DNA from: Bilabrum cf. latius
Lineage: Eukaryota
Reading direction: 5' to 3'
Length of the DNA: 64,000 nt
NCBI GenBank assembly: GCA_965178125.1
Contig: OZ237757.1
Location: forward strand, 62,001 to 126,000
The translations under genes were made by a program, and so were the position numbers. Each line of letters opens with the position of its first letter. The first letter of the stretch is position 1. The notes beneath the pieces were generated by a model. That model was not told the origin of the DNA. It searched no databases and worked only from the letters and a program-made list of their open reading frames with translations. Positions 49,810 through 61,400 of this stretch are shown here, piece after piece.

Positions 49810-51564
49810 CTGCAGCGCTTCTGCTTGCCCTGCCTGCACCCGCCTCGACTCGATCCACGCCATCCCACCCGTATCCAGCAAGGCCCCCCGCTCTTGCAGC
49901 ACCCTCACACACTCGATGTGCCCCCCCTCCAGAGCTGCCTGCAGCGGACTCACCAGCTGCCCACCCGACGACCGACCCTTGCGCTCCAGCCCGCCCGCCA
50001 GCTTACCCAGCCTCAGCCTCCTGGCCAGCTCCATGGGCCTGCCTTCGCTGGCTGCCTGGAACACCATCCCAGCGTCCCTCTGGGCGGCAGCCGCTTGCCT
50101 CCACAGTAACAGTCGTTGGGCCCCGAGGCTGAATCGCTTGATCAGGCGGATCGTTTCGTTGTAGAAGCACATTGACACCATCGGCTTGGTACCAGTGGCT
50201 ATCGGCATATTCGCTGGCGTCTTCCCACTGGAATTGACGGCGTCTTTCCCAGCTCCCGCGTGCAGCAGCAGCCTCGCACACTCGATCAGTCCTCGCTTCG
50301 CGGCGATGTGCAGTGGCGTCTCCTCGTTTGGGCCGCTGACGTTCACATCGGCTCCTGCGCTGATGAGCGCCGAAACGCAACGCAAGTGCCCGTTTGAGCA
50401 AGCCATGTGTAGTGCTGTGTTTCCGTTGTCTGCCACCAAAGTCACATCTGCCCCGGCCCGCAGCAGCACGCGCACGCAGTCCGAATGACCACCCTTGGAG
50501 GCGATGTGTAACGGGAGCACGCCGCCGAATTTCGATATTGCGGGGCTGGCCCCAGCGTTTATCAGCCTTTCAGCACACTCCGTGTGTCCGTTCTAGCACG
50601 CCAAGTACAGAGCCGTTGTTCCACTTCCCCCTTTGGTGTCCACGATTGCTTTGGCTTCCAGCAGCTCGCGCACGCAGGCACCGTGCCCGTTCAGACTCGC
50701 AACGTGCAGCGCTGTGAAAGCACCGGGCCGCAAAGCGTTTACATTGGCACCAGCAGCTAGCAGCACTCGAGTGCACTCCTCATGTCCGTTCTAGCAAGCG
50801 AGAAACAGAGCGGTCTCGCCTCGGTGGGCTTCCACATTGGCGTCTGCCCCTGCCTCGAGCAGTACACGCACGCAGGTAGCGCTGCCCTTGGAGCTGGCGG
50901 CGTGCAAGGGCACAAAACCACCTTGCTTCTCCACCTTCGGGCTGGCCTTGGCGTCCAACAGCAGCTGCGAGCACCCCACATGTCCGTTCTAGCACGCAAC
51001 GTACAGGGCGGTGGTGCCGTTCCTGTTCCTGGCATTCACGGCCGCATCGGCCTGAAGCAGCAAGCCCGCGCACTCGACGTGCCCATGCATACAGGCAAGG
51101 TGCAGTGGCGTGCTGTCGTCGTTGTCAGCGGCATTCGCGTTGGCGCTGCCTTTCCCCAGAAGAGCTGCGGCGCAGCCTGCATGGCCATTGGAGCAGGCCA
51201 AGTGCAGCGGCGTCCTCCCGCGCTGCGATACCTTCTTTGCCCCCGCGCCAGCCAATAGAAGCACGCCCACACATTCGGAATGGCCGCGCGAGCTTGCAGC
51301 ATGCAAGGGATACAGGAGATCTAAAGCTGGCAGGTCTACGTTGGCGCCCGCCTCGATCAGTCTGCGTAAGCACTCTGCGTGGCCCTGCTTGGCGAAACAG
51401 TACGCCGACGTTTCTGCTAGGCCATTCTAAGCATTGGGGTTAATACCGTGTCCTAGGAGAACCGAAACTAGGTCTGGATTGCCGCTGATCGCTGCGATAC
51501 CGAAACGGATCAATCGTAAGTTGATGATGACAAGACTTTTACAATCGCCACCGAAGGTCAACAT
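49756..51564 (-). CDS. Ankyrin-repeat protein, ~600 aa
   Basis: One frame from ATG 51564 with TAG at 51427 (PNA*NG), 50989, 50791 and 50593 (each AC*NGH); ends TGA 49756 (possibly 49656 if homopolymer errors are present). Confidence 0.88.
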
Positions 51565-51862
51565 GTTAGGTCTAAGTTGCACGCGTCACTGCCATGAATC
51601 TCTCACCGGCGACATGCAGCAACGAGTCGCTGCCGTCTACAATCTTTGCTAGAGCTGGATCCTAGTCTAGCAGGTGCTACGCCTGGCGTTTATCCCCGCT
51701 CTTGACGGCTGCAATGATGGGATCGGCTTTGTCCATAGTGAACAGGACGCTCAAATGAAGCGCAGAAGCACACTTTCGCAGTCGTGTGAATAGTTGTGAC
51801 GTCTTGTCGATCGTGCTTGGTGAGGCACGCACTGGATCGATCGGAGATCGATTGACCAGCGC

Positions 51863-54800
51863 TCAGTCTGGCCCGCTTTCCTCCAGCTCCTCCTCGCACT
51901 GATCCATCACATTGCCCCAGTCCACCGGCGCAGGATCGCTCGCCTCGCTCCCCGCCCCGCCAGACCCCCCTCCGATCGACCACGCCCTCCTGGCCGCACC
52001 ACTCCCACTCCCATTCGCACCCGTGTACCCCACACCTGCACCTGCACCTGCACCTGCACCTGCACCTGCACCTGCACCTGCACCTGCACCTGCACCTGCT
52101 CGCCCCCCCAGGGCCACAGCCCCAGCCCTTCCACTCGCCCTTCCACTCGCTCCCATCCACAGCCCCGTATCCTCCTCGTCCTCCCCCGAAGGAGGCTCCA
52201 TGGTCTCCCACGGCTTCACACTGCCAGGCCCCGTGCCCTTCCTCTTCTCCTTCGCCTTCTCATTCCCACTAATGCCACCACCACCACCACCACCACCACT
52301 GGCTCTCCATGGTGCTCCCCGCATGCCGCTGTTCCCCGCGCCCCCTCCCGCATCGCCGCCCAGCCCCAAGTCCCACGGCCTGCGCTTGTCTGCACCACTC
52401 CCGCCTTCGCCTCCTGCCTTCCCTCCTCCGCTTGCTCGCACTGGCTGCGGGTTTTCGGTCTGCCCCGCGGTGCTTCTTCTTGCGCCTGTCGGACGTGCCG
52501 TTCCAACTCCTCGAGGCGTTGGCTTCTCACGAGGGCTCCCACTCCCGGGCCCTCTGCTCTAGCCCCTTGCCGAGCTCTGGCTCTAGCCCTGGCCCTGGCT
52601 CTTGGCGTACTGTTGCTGCTGCTGCTGTCTCCATGCCCACCCCCTCTTGCTCCCAGGATCCCGCTGTCTCCAGGCCTCGACAGCCGCCAGCACGGCCTCG
52701 TTGAGCAGGTTCTCGTTCACCTGCAGCGTGTGCTTCCTCCTCTCGATCGCACCGGGCAGCCCCAGCTCCTCGGCAGCGTCGATGCAGTCCGAGCACACGC
52801 AGCTGCCAGGTAGGCCGCACGGCAGGGCGGCGTGGTGCGTGGCGTGCCCGCACTTGGCACAGAACTCGGTGGCGCAGTTGCAGCACTTGTGACGAGTGCG
52901 CCACTTCTTGATCCAGCCCCCTACCATCCCAAACGGCAGCCCGCAGATCTCGCAGTCTGCGATGGGCCCTCGCTGGGTGTGCACGCCCCGCATGCGGTCG
53001 TGTAGCAGGTACCCGGGCGCGCTCCTCGCTGCCTCTTGCACGGCTTTGTAGTCCTCGTTGGACGCCCGGCCCCGGTCCCTGGTGTGGCCGTGCCCTGGCT
53101 TGGCCTCGCCCCCGACCGCCCCCCTTTCATCTGCTCTTCTCGCCTCCTCCTCCTTGCCGCGTATGTCCGTGGTCACGTCCTCGTTGTTAAGGTACACGGG
53201 CTCCCCCGTCCCGTCCTGCATGAGCTGGTGCTTCCTCCTCTTCGCCTGCCCCCCCCTGGTCACAGTGGCGCTGATCAGGTCGCGCATCAGCTGGGGCCCC
53301 TTCCAAACTCGAGAGAGGTAGTAGGCCAGTCCGACTAGTGACAGTAATAGCGTACTCCAGACCTCCCGAGGGATCAGCCCGGGCAGCATTGTGATAAAGG
53401 CAAAGAGATCGCCCAGCAGGGTGCGCGGGCGGGGTGCGGGATGCGGGGCACCACCGCTGGACCCAGGGGGAGAGGAAGGGCCGTCGCTTGATCTGGTTCG
53501 TTCCTGCCTCTCGGTGTTCGCAGTGGATGGCGGGCCCTCGGCGGTTGAGGGCGAGGACCTCTCTGGCTAGGGCGAAGGCGAAGGCGAAGTCGAGCGGCGT
53601 GCCCTGTCTTTGCTGTGCCTCCCGTCCCCAATCGCAACGAGAGCCCCTCCGTGCAATGCACCTGCTGCGGGCTGCCTCCTGCGTCTGTGCCTACCCGCAG
53701 TGCCACTGCTTTCGCTGTCAAGTTTGGGAGCAGAGCTGGGGCCCCCGCTCTCCAGAGTCCCCCCAGCTTCGCCCCTTGTGCCTTGCGCTTCACCTCGCCC
53801 CGGCCTGGCCCTCTCTGCGCCTGCCCCGAGCAGCTTGTCGGCCGACTCGCACAGCATCGTGGGCAGCGATACGTGGCTCGAGTCGGACCAGGGACTGTGT
53901 CCCACCCTGGACCAGGCCATCACGCTGTACTCGTAGGCCACCTCCATCTCAACCTCGTCCCAGAACACGGGCTCCGGCCCGGCGTACACCTCCCGCCAGA
54001 CGTGCTCGTGAGGGTGCGGGTGCTCACTCGTCACGCTTGACACTGGCGCCGAGGATCCGTCCGGCATCACGCGCACCTGGGGCTTGCCAGCGCCCGCGGA
54101 CCCAGCGCTGCCACTGCCACGCCCAGCGAGAGGGCCGCGGTTGACGATCACAGGCCGTCTTCGGACCACGTAGCGGTGCACTCCCGGCTGGTCATGAGGT
54201 TCATGCATTTGCCACCCGAGTTGTACCCTCCTGCACTGGCTCGAGATCATGTAGGGGGACTCCGGCGCAGGGGGCAGGTCGGAGGTGCCCATGAGCAAGG
54301 CGCCGAGCGCGCTCCACACCCGCTTGCGCTCGTTGCTGTCTAGCCGCAACTGTGTGGCGTACTTGCTTACCCCCGTTCCGTTCAGGTCCATGCGCAGCTT
54401 TGGCAGGATGCTCACGGTCCAAGCGAGCTTCTGCACGCGGGCGGCGGCCTTAGGCAGCTCCACAGCGTGCCGGAACCAGAGCTGAAGCTCATCGCGGGTC
54501 ATGCGACGCGCCAGGCGCTACCAGTACGAATTGGCCTCATCACTAGAAATAGAGGACTCCTAGTAATCAGCACTACCGGGTGCTTCTGGGTTGCCACCGT
54601 TGTTGCTTTCAACACCAGCCTCGATGCGAGACCTCGAAGCCTTACCTAGGGCCGCGTTGGCATCCATCGCGTGAAACGTATGCTCAACTGCTTCACTCTG
54701 ATACTCCTCGGCAGTGGATTCCTAGACAAGGCTAGAAACTTCGTTCGCTTCCAGCACCCCGTCTCCATCGGTATCTATGCTGTTGAAGAGGTCTCCCCAA

Positions 54801-55003
54801 ACCTGATGTTCGCGAGCTGCCAGCCCCTCTGACTCGTCAATGTCTACTGAATCATAATGTACGTCCTCGGATATAGTGTGGACACATATCGAGACTAGGA
54901 TGGTGATGACGAGCCAACGTGGAGAAACTCCGGCGCGGACGGCTCGAGAGCCACCAAAGGCAGATGAGTGGCATATGGTTGCCTGCTGATGAATAGCTTG
55001 CAT
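51863..55003 (-). CDS. STIM-like EF-hand-SAM, FN3, TM and FYVE-like zinc-finger protein, ~1046 aa
   Basis: N-terminal hydrophobic segment; EF-hand FNSIDTDGDGVLEANEV; SAM TRDELQLWFRHAVELP..LPKL..RKRVWSALGALLMG; FN3 (W..YEYSVMAWSRVGHSPWS); TM VWSTLLLSLVGLAYYL; CEICGLPF..RHKCCNCATEFCAKC..CVCSDC. Joined by TAG at 54722, 54560, 54518, 53567, 52583 and 52559; ends TGA 51863. Confidence 0.78.
52034..52098. repeat. (CACCTG)n hexamer repeat encoding a Gly-Ala tract
   Basis: About 10 perfect copies. Confidence 0.92.
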
Positions 55004-55114
55004 GGGGGTTTGGTGGTTTCCAGGTGGTTTTACTCTCTCGGGCAAGGATAATCTGACAGGCAGACAATCTGCCGCCAGGAACCGGAATTCTTACCGGAAT
55101 TGCCGGGAACCCAA

Positions 55115-56546
55115 TCACGCCCGGCCTCCGGACTGCGCCTCAACCGCCCGGTCCTACCCCAGCTTCCCCGCTAGCCTCATCGCCTCCTCGCCCACATCCG
55201 TGCGCGCCACCCACTCCGCCGGCACACCACCGGCCTCCCCCCCCACACCGTACCTCGCTCCCAGCAGAGCCCCAGCCACGAGGGCACGGGAGGCGTTGCA
55301 CCCGCCCGAGGACACTGCAGCCCTGGCTCCCGCCAAGAATTCTCCGCCCTTCGCCTCCGCCTCGCAGGCTGCATGCACGGGGGTCTGGATCGAGTTGAGC
55401 AGGATGCACGTGGAGCCCAGCTGGTCCACCGCCTGCTGGTGCGAGGCGCCCTCGTCCAACAGAGCAAGCACCTGCCTGAGGGAGCGGGCCACGATGGCCT
55501 CGCCCTCGGCCGAACTAGAGGCGGCGGGGGGCGATTTCTTGGCCTTGCCAGCGGCCACGAGGGCCTCCTGCTTGGCCAAGCGATCGTGCAGTGCACCCAG
55601 ATCCACGCCCGACTTTCTCGCGGCGCCCTCGGCGTCCAGGATGGCTGCATCCACGGCCTCCCTGATGCTGGCCCCGTCCCTGACGATCCTCTCCAGGGCG
55701 CGCGCCTGCAGCAGCCCAGCCCCCACAGCAAGGTCGTCGTTCTGCACAACCCTGACGGCCTCCTCCACGCGGGCGAGCAGCTGCTCCTGGCCCCAGAACC
55801 GAGCAACCACGGAGGCGACCTTGCCCGCGCCATCGATTTGCTTGTCGTCCTTGGAACCCAACGGACCCTTCTTGCCCTCCGCCTTGTTGGTCAAAAAGTC
55901 GCTGACGGAGTGGTGCATCCACGGTCCCTGGATGGGCCAATTCTTGCTGGGCTCGTACCGGAGCGTCTTGCCGGAGGGGGTGCCGTCGACATGGTACTCG
56001 CCAGTGGCGGCCATTCCCTTGAAGTACTCGCTACCCGGTCCAAAGTGCGCAAACATCTCGTCCTCGAGAGCTGGTACGTCCAATGAGCCGTGCGTCGCGA
56101 GCGAGCGCAGCAGGACGACGGCCTGCTCGCCGTAGCCGCTCTGCCTTCCGGTAGGAAGGATGTAGAACGGATTCAAGCCCTCTTTTCTAAATTCTGGCTT
56201 GTCTTCGATGCCCTTCAGCGCAGCTGCAAGCTTCTCCTTGTTGTAGATCCAGTGGATCGGCTGCGCGGGAAAAGAGGTCGAACTCAGCGCAAGAAGTTGA
56301 TGGCTTTACGCTGGAGAGACAATGTCAGTGTGAGCCTCAATAATGCAAATGCAAAGCTATACTCACCATTGCGGCCGCATCAGCTGTGATACCGCCTACT
56401 ACGGCGCCAAGAGCGCGCTCTTCTGGAGATAGAACTCTCGCCTCTGCGTGACTGGTCGTGCCGAATCCCATGGTTGCACGGCCAATGACAGCTACCGTAG
56501 AGGCAGCAAATACTCTAGAGCGGGTTGATGCAATGAACCTGTACAT
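55115..56546 (-). CDS. ADP-ribosylglycohydrolase / crystallin J1 (SelJ)-like protein
   Basis: RALGAVVGGITADAAAM|PIHWIY (intron 56366-56261), PEF..NPFY..GRQSGYGEQ, WPIQGPWMH, GGCNASRA..GALLGA. TAG at 55154 then TGA 55115. The Arg/Ser-rich N-terminus resembles a mitochondrial presequence. Confidence 0.82.
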
Positions 56547-56735
56547 AGCTGTGCTTATTTTGGTGTTCGTTTCGTAGTGCAAGTGCCACGTCTGGTGGGA
56601 GCCCGTCACCGCGTCACACCCCTCAGGCTCATCACGCTGGCCGATGCTAGCGGGTCGTCACGGGCCCCGAGAGCAATATCATCGCCCAGCAACAGCCAAG
56701 GGTAAAATGCAAGTAGGCTAGTGATAAAGTTCTGT

Positions 56736-58310
56736 TCATTCATCGATAGAGGCGGCGACGTCCAGCCCTGCCCATGACGCCAGCAGCCGGGCCGCCTGCG
56801 CCGCCGCATACACGCACCCGTCGATGTTGCTCGCGCGCAGGCCATCCCCAGCCACGATTAAGGGCCCTGCGCCCTCGCTGGCCGACAGGTGCCCCACCTC
56901 CACGGCCCCGGGCCCTCCCTTGCCCCCCCAGTCCGGCTCCGTGGCCTGGCTATACTTCCATTTCTGCACCTTGCAGTAGGCAGGGGAGGGCAGGCCGGGG
57001 AGCAGCTTCCTGAGCTCGGCCAGCACCTGCTCCTGCACCTCCGCTTTGCTCCGATCCATGGACTCGGAGCCGTATCCCACGCTGGTGTGCACCACCACAC
57101 CCACACCCCCCTCTGCACCAGCGGCCTCCTTAAGTCCCCCCTCCCTCCCCCAGGCACGCTTGGCACCGTCCACCGCCACGAACCGCACCAGGCTGCTCTC
57201 GTCACGGCCCACATACCGGCCCACGATGTCGCTCTCTCCCTCGCTATCGCCCCCTCCCGATGCCTTTTCACCCTCCCCACCACCACCACCACCACCACTG
57301 CTGCTGCCTTTTGATCCCCCCCTCACAGCCCGCATCACTGCCTCCGCGTCCTCTTCCTTGAAGAACAGGCCCAGCGCCCACCGACTCGAGAAGCGCACCG
57401 ACCGGAGCGCCTTCCCGACGGACTCCTCCGATCCGGCCACGGCGTCCATCGCGGCGCCGCGCAATCGGAGCACCTGCGGAACAGGCATGGTCAGTACGAC
57501 AGCGTCGTAGCTTGATGGCTTTGCCCCCGCCCCGGGGACCCCACCCGCACCGCCCTCACTCGTCATACCCCCTCCTTCGCTCCAGGGCCAGCTGCCCCGC
57601 ATCTTCTCTACTTTTTCCTTCTCTTCCTCTTCGCGCCCGGGCAGCATCGGCACAGCGTCGCCGTCCTCGGCCCACACGCGCCAGCCCCCCGAATCTTCGG
57701 CGGGGTCCCGGTCCACGGCCCGGATGGTCTTGCTGAACTCGGGCGCGGCGCCCGCGAGCCACTGCCGGCAGATGCTCGCCATGCCCCTGGGCGCCACGAA
57801 GTGCCGCTGGCCCTCCTTGTCGGGCCGCTGTCCGTTAAACATGTGGCCTGATGGGTGCAAGCAATCGGCCCACAGGAGCTCGGCGGCAAGGCGATCCCTG
57901 GCGGCAATGGCATTCGTGGAGGTGAGCAGCCCGTCACCGCCCGACGGCATGCCGGGCAGCGGCGTGGTCTCTCGGTCGAAATCACCGGAGCGAAGCAGAT
58001 CTTGCACATCCGGTGGTGATTCCTAAGGTTTGAAGTTGTTTGCAGTGTAGTACTGGGCGCCTAGATCGCAAAGTACCTCTTCCAGTCCCTCGGATCGCCC
58101 ACGGCTGGTGCTGGCGCGACCGCCAGGGGCTCTTGCTTTGTCCCACACAGTGACATCAAGCTTGCTGCGGAGCTCAGGAGTAATGCTCAACAACCGCTGA
58201 AGCGCCGCACCGGTGAGGCCAGACCCTGCAATCAGTACCTTAAGACGCTTTGAGCCTGCTGTTGCTACTGACGCTCCAGCTTTGGAAACTGCCGCTGCAA
58301 CTGACGCCAT
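56736..58310 (-). CDS. Renalase-like FAD-dependent oxidoreductase, ~524 aa
   Basis: VLIAGSGLTG, WDKARAPGGRASTSR, DLGAQYYT, DAVVLTMPVPQ, KWKYSQ, AGDG..SNIDGC. The two ORF-track pieces are joined by TAG 58023; ends TGA 56736. Confidence 0.85.
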
Positions 58311-58477
58311 ACCGAAACAGAAGGGAATGAAGAATAGTACTGCAACAAACACGACTGCTTTATGTGCTATGCAAGGCAAGCCTGTGCGGTAAAAATTGCG
58401 TGACGTGTCGTTCTGAAAGCCACTGATCACCCCGTCGTCACACGAAGCGAGACACGTCTGGGCATCAGGCGTCCCAC

Positions 58478-61400
58478 TTAGAGGATCACCGACTGTACTG
58501 CGTGGACTAACCCATCATCCTTTGCCTCGGCACCATCCGCACCGCCACCAAGTGCCCGCCACGAGTGCTGCACCACCAGCTCGGCCCCGTCGCCCTCTGT
58601 GTCACCGCCGCCTGCAGCCCCCACTGGCAGCCCGATCAGGGCCCTCTCCAGCCCCTAGCCCTTCGCGCTGAGTACGTCCACTGCACCATCTGCGGTGAAA
58701 GCAGATTTGCTCGCGGCAGAGAGTCCCATGGTCGCCCCTATCATGACCCGCCCCGGCAGCACGCATCCCCTAGGAGGGGGAGCAGTTGCAGCAAAGGCCG
58801 CACGGGGCGCCCCCGCAGCGCGCACCACCGGAGTGGGCGTGTGCATGACGGCTCCGGCAAGAGGCGTATAACCATGAGCATGTCCAGGGGCGGCCTCCTT
58901 GGACCTGCCCTCCCTTCCCTCCTCGCCCTCTTTGCTCTCCGAGGTACCAGCACCCGCAGGCTCGGCTGCACTGTCGTGCGGTGCACCCGTAGAACCACGC
59001 TCATCTCGCACTTTGAGGCCCGCCCTCGACCGGACCCTACTTGTCACACCCCTCGCGGCCATCCCCACGACCGCGCCTGCCATGCCACCGGAAAGACCCA
59101 GCACTGCCAGCAACTCGCCAGGCCACGACACGCAGGCAGCACCGGCCTCGGCCAGCTGCCACGCCACCAGCGCCCTCCCAACCGCATGCCTCACCTGCTC
59201 CGATCTAGAGAGCCCCCTTTGGGCAGCCAGCATGCGCACCGCTGCAGGTGGCAGCAGGGCGGGGTGGAAAGAGGGCAGTACAACGAGGGGGGGCGCCGAC
59301 GCACTGGAGGAACTACTAGGCAGGCCCAGTGAGTGCATCGAATTGCAGTGTTCGGTTGACCCCCGCAGGTCCATCATCACCTACCGACCACACCACAACC
59401 TCCTGATGCAGCGCCCCTCGCCCTGGCCCTCGCCCGCACCAGCCCCTGCTCCAATGCCCTCCACCGTGGCAATCCACTTCCAGCTGGACACCGGACTGCG
59501 CTCAGCTCCGACCGCTCCCACAGCAGATCCTGCACTCATCACACTCGAGTCTCCCGCCATGCACGGCACCCCGATCCCCAGGGCCAGCACCTCCCGCAGC
59601 AGACCCAGGCGAAGACTCCTGCTCGTCGTCCACTGCGCACCGCCTGCCTTCGACTCCGTGCCACCGGCTGCCTCGGGCCCATCTTCAACGCGTTTTCCTT
59701 TACTTGGCTGTATGAGTGCCTCTATGGGTACCACCGCGGCAGGCAGCCTCCCTTCGTGCAGCACCGAGTACCCCAGTGCCCTGCTTGCCTGTGCCCTCGA
59801 CTCGAGCCATGTGCCCGCTTGCTTGAGCAGCGCATCGATGTCTGGGCTCGCACTGACCCCTGGGTCTGGTGCTGCTGCTGCTACTGCTGCTGCTTCCGAA
59901 GCATCAACAACGACAGGACCTGCAGACTCATTCCTGTCGTGTTCACTACCTTGCTGTAGCCTCCAGCAAGTGTCTCCCACGACTGCGATGGGGCCCTGCA
60001 AGCCGTCAAGCAAGCCTTGTGCCATCGAGGACGTATACTGCGGGGGCGTGGCTCCATCCGCCCTACCAGCTGCATCCAACATATCACCAGCGTGATCGCT
60101 CCAGCTCGGTTTCCAATCGGCTAAACCTCCACCACCGGAGCCTACCTTGAACCGGACACGATGCCCCTCGCCTAACCCTGACGGCTCACCGTATGAACCA
60201 AGCCAGCCTACTGACGGCACCACGCTCGCTACACCTTCCAGTTCCAGATAAAGGCTCCTGCCAGGGGCCAAAAGTCCCTATTGCCCCCCTTTCCCACAAT
60301 CTTGAGGTGCTTCTCTGCTCCTTGGCCCAGAGGCGGGCATTTTGATCACAACGGGCCCACCCCGAGGCCCAGAATGCGGACGAGCTTCGGCCTCAGCAAT
60401 GCAATCGTGCAATCCGTCATCGCAGAATGCCAGTAGCCGGGCACGCATGACCCCTGGTGCGCCGCTCCCAGCGCCAGAACCGCCCTGGGTCGGGCCTCTC
60501 CGCACCGGAAGGCCCCACAGGTGCACCTCCAGCCCTGATTCTGCAGACACGGACACGATGCGTGGATGTGCCAGCAGCGCGAAGACAGGGCCAGGCTTGC
60601 TGTCGCTGCCTTTGCACTGATCGGGGTGCGCAATCATTGGATCTGTCAGGTCTCGGTGGTCGATGGCTTCCATCCGCTGGTGCACCTGCTTGTCCTCTCG
60701 GTGGTCGATGGCTTCCATCCGCTGGTGCACCTGCTTGTCCTCCCTGTTGGAACCCTTGCCTGAGTCCACCGGCCCCGTCCGAGGGTCGATCAGCACGCGC
60801 AAACGACCCTATCTCTTCCCTTCAGGCCTGGATTGAGATCTATGTCCCATGTCCGGCTCGCTCTATTCAGTACCATCGCATGTCAGCTGGAGCAACACCT
60901 CCCCCGAGCCCGTGATGGTGGACTGTGCACGCCCTACATCCAGTGCACCCTCTTGTGGTGCATTCCCCCGTTTCCTGACCATGGTGACCCCGTCGATTGC
61001 ACTGCATTGCCGCGCCCACACCTCCAGATAGATATCCATCGGAGGTCCCAGCGCTGTTCCCTCGACCTCTGACTGCTCCTGCTTCGACACGGGTACGCAC
61101 ACGACACAGGCCGGCAAAGCGGACAGACCGGTGGACGCCCGCGCTGCTGCAACAGCGTCGGTCGCATCGCTGGCGCTAGTCCCTTCCCTCTCTGTGGGTT
61201 TGGACACCTGGCCAAAGCCGTCCTCATCCTAATCCTTATCATTGTCCTTGTCCTCAACCGCACCACCGTCGCTGCCATGCTCCCCGTCGTGGTGAAACTC
61301 TTTGCTCTCGCCTGTTCCGGCTCCTTTCCCTGCTTCTACTGCTCCTTTCCAATGCACCGCACCCTCCCGTGTCGGCCCATTCACGACGTCCTCAGCTGTG

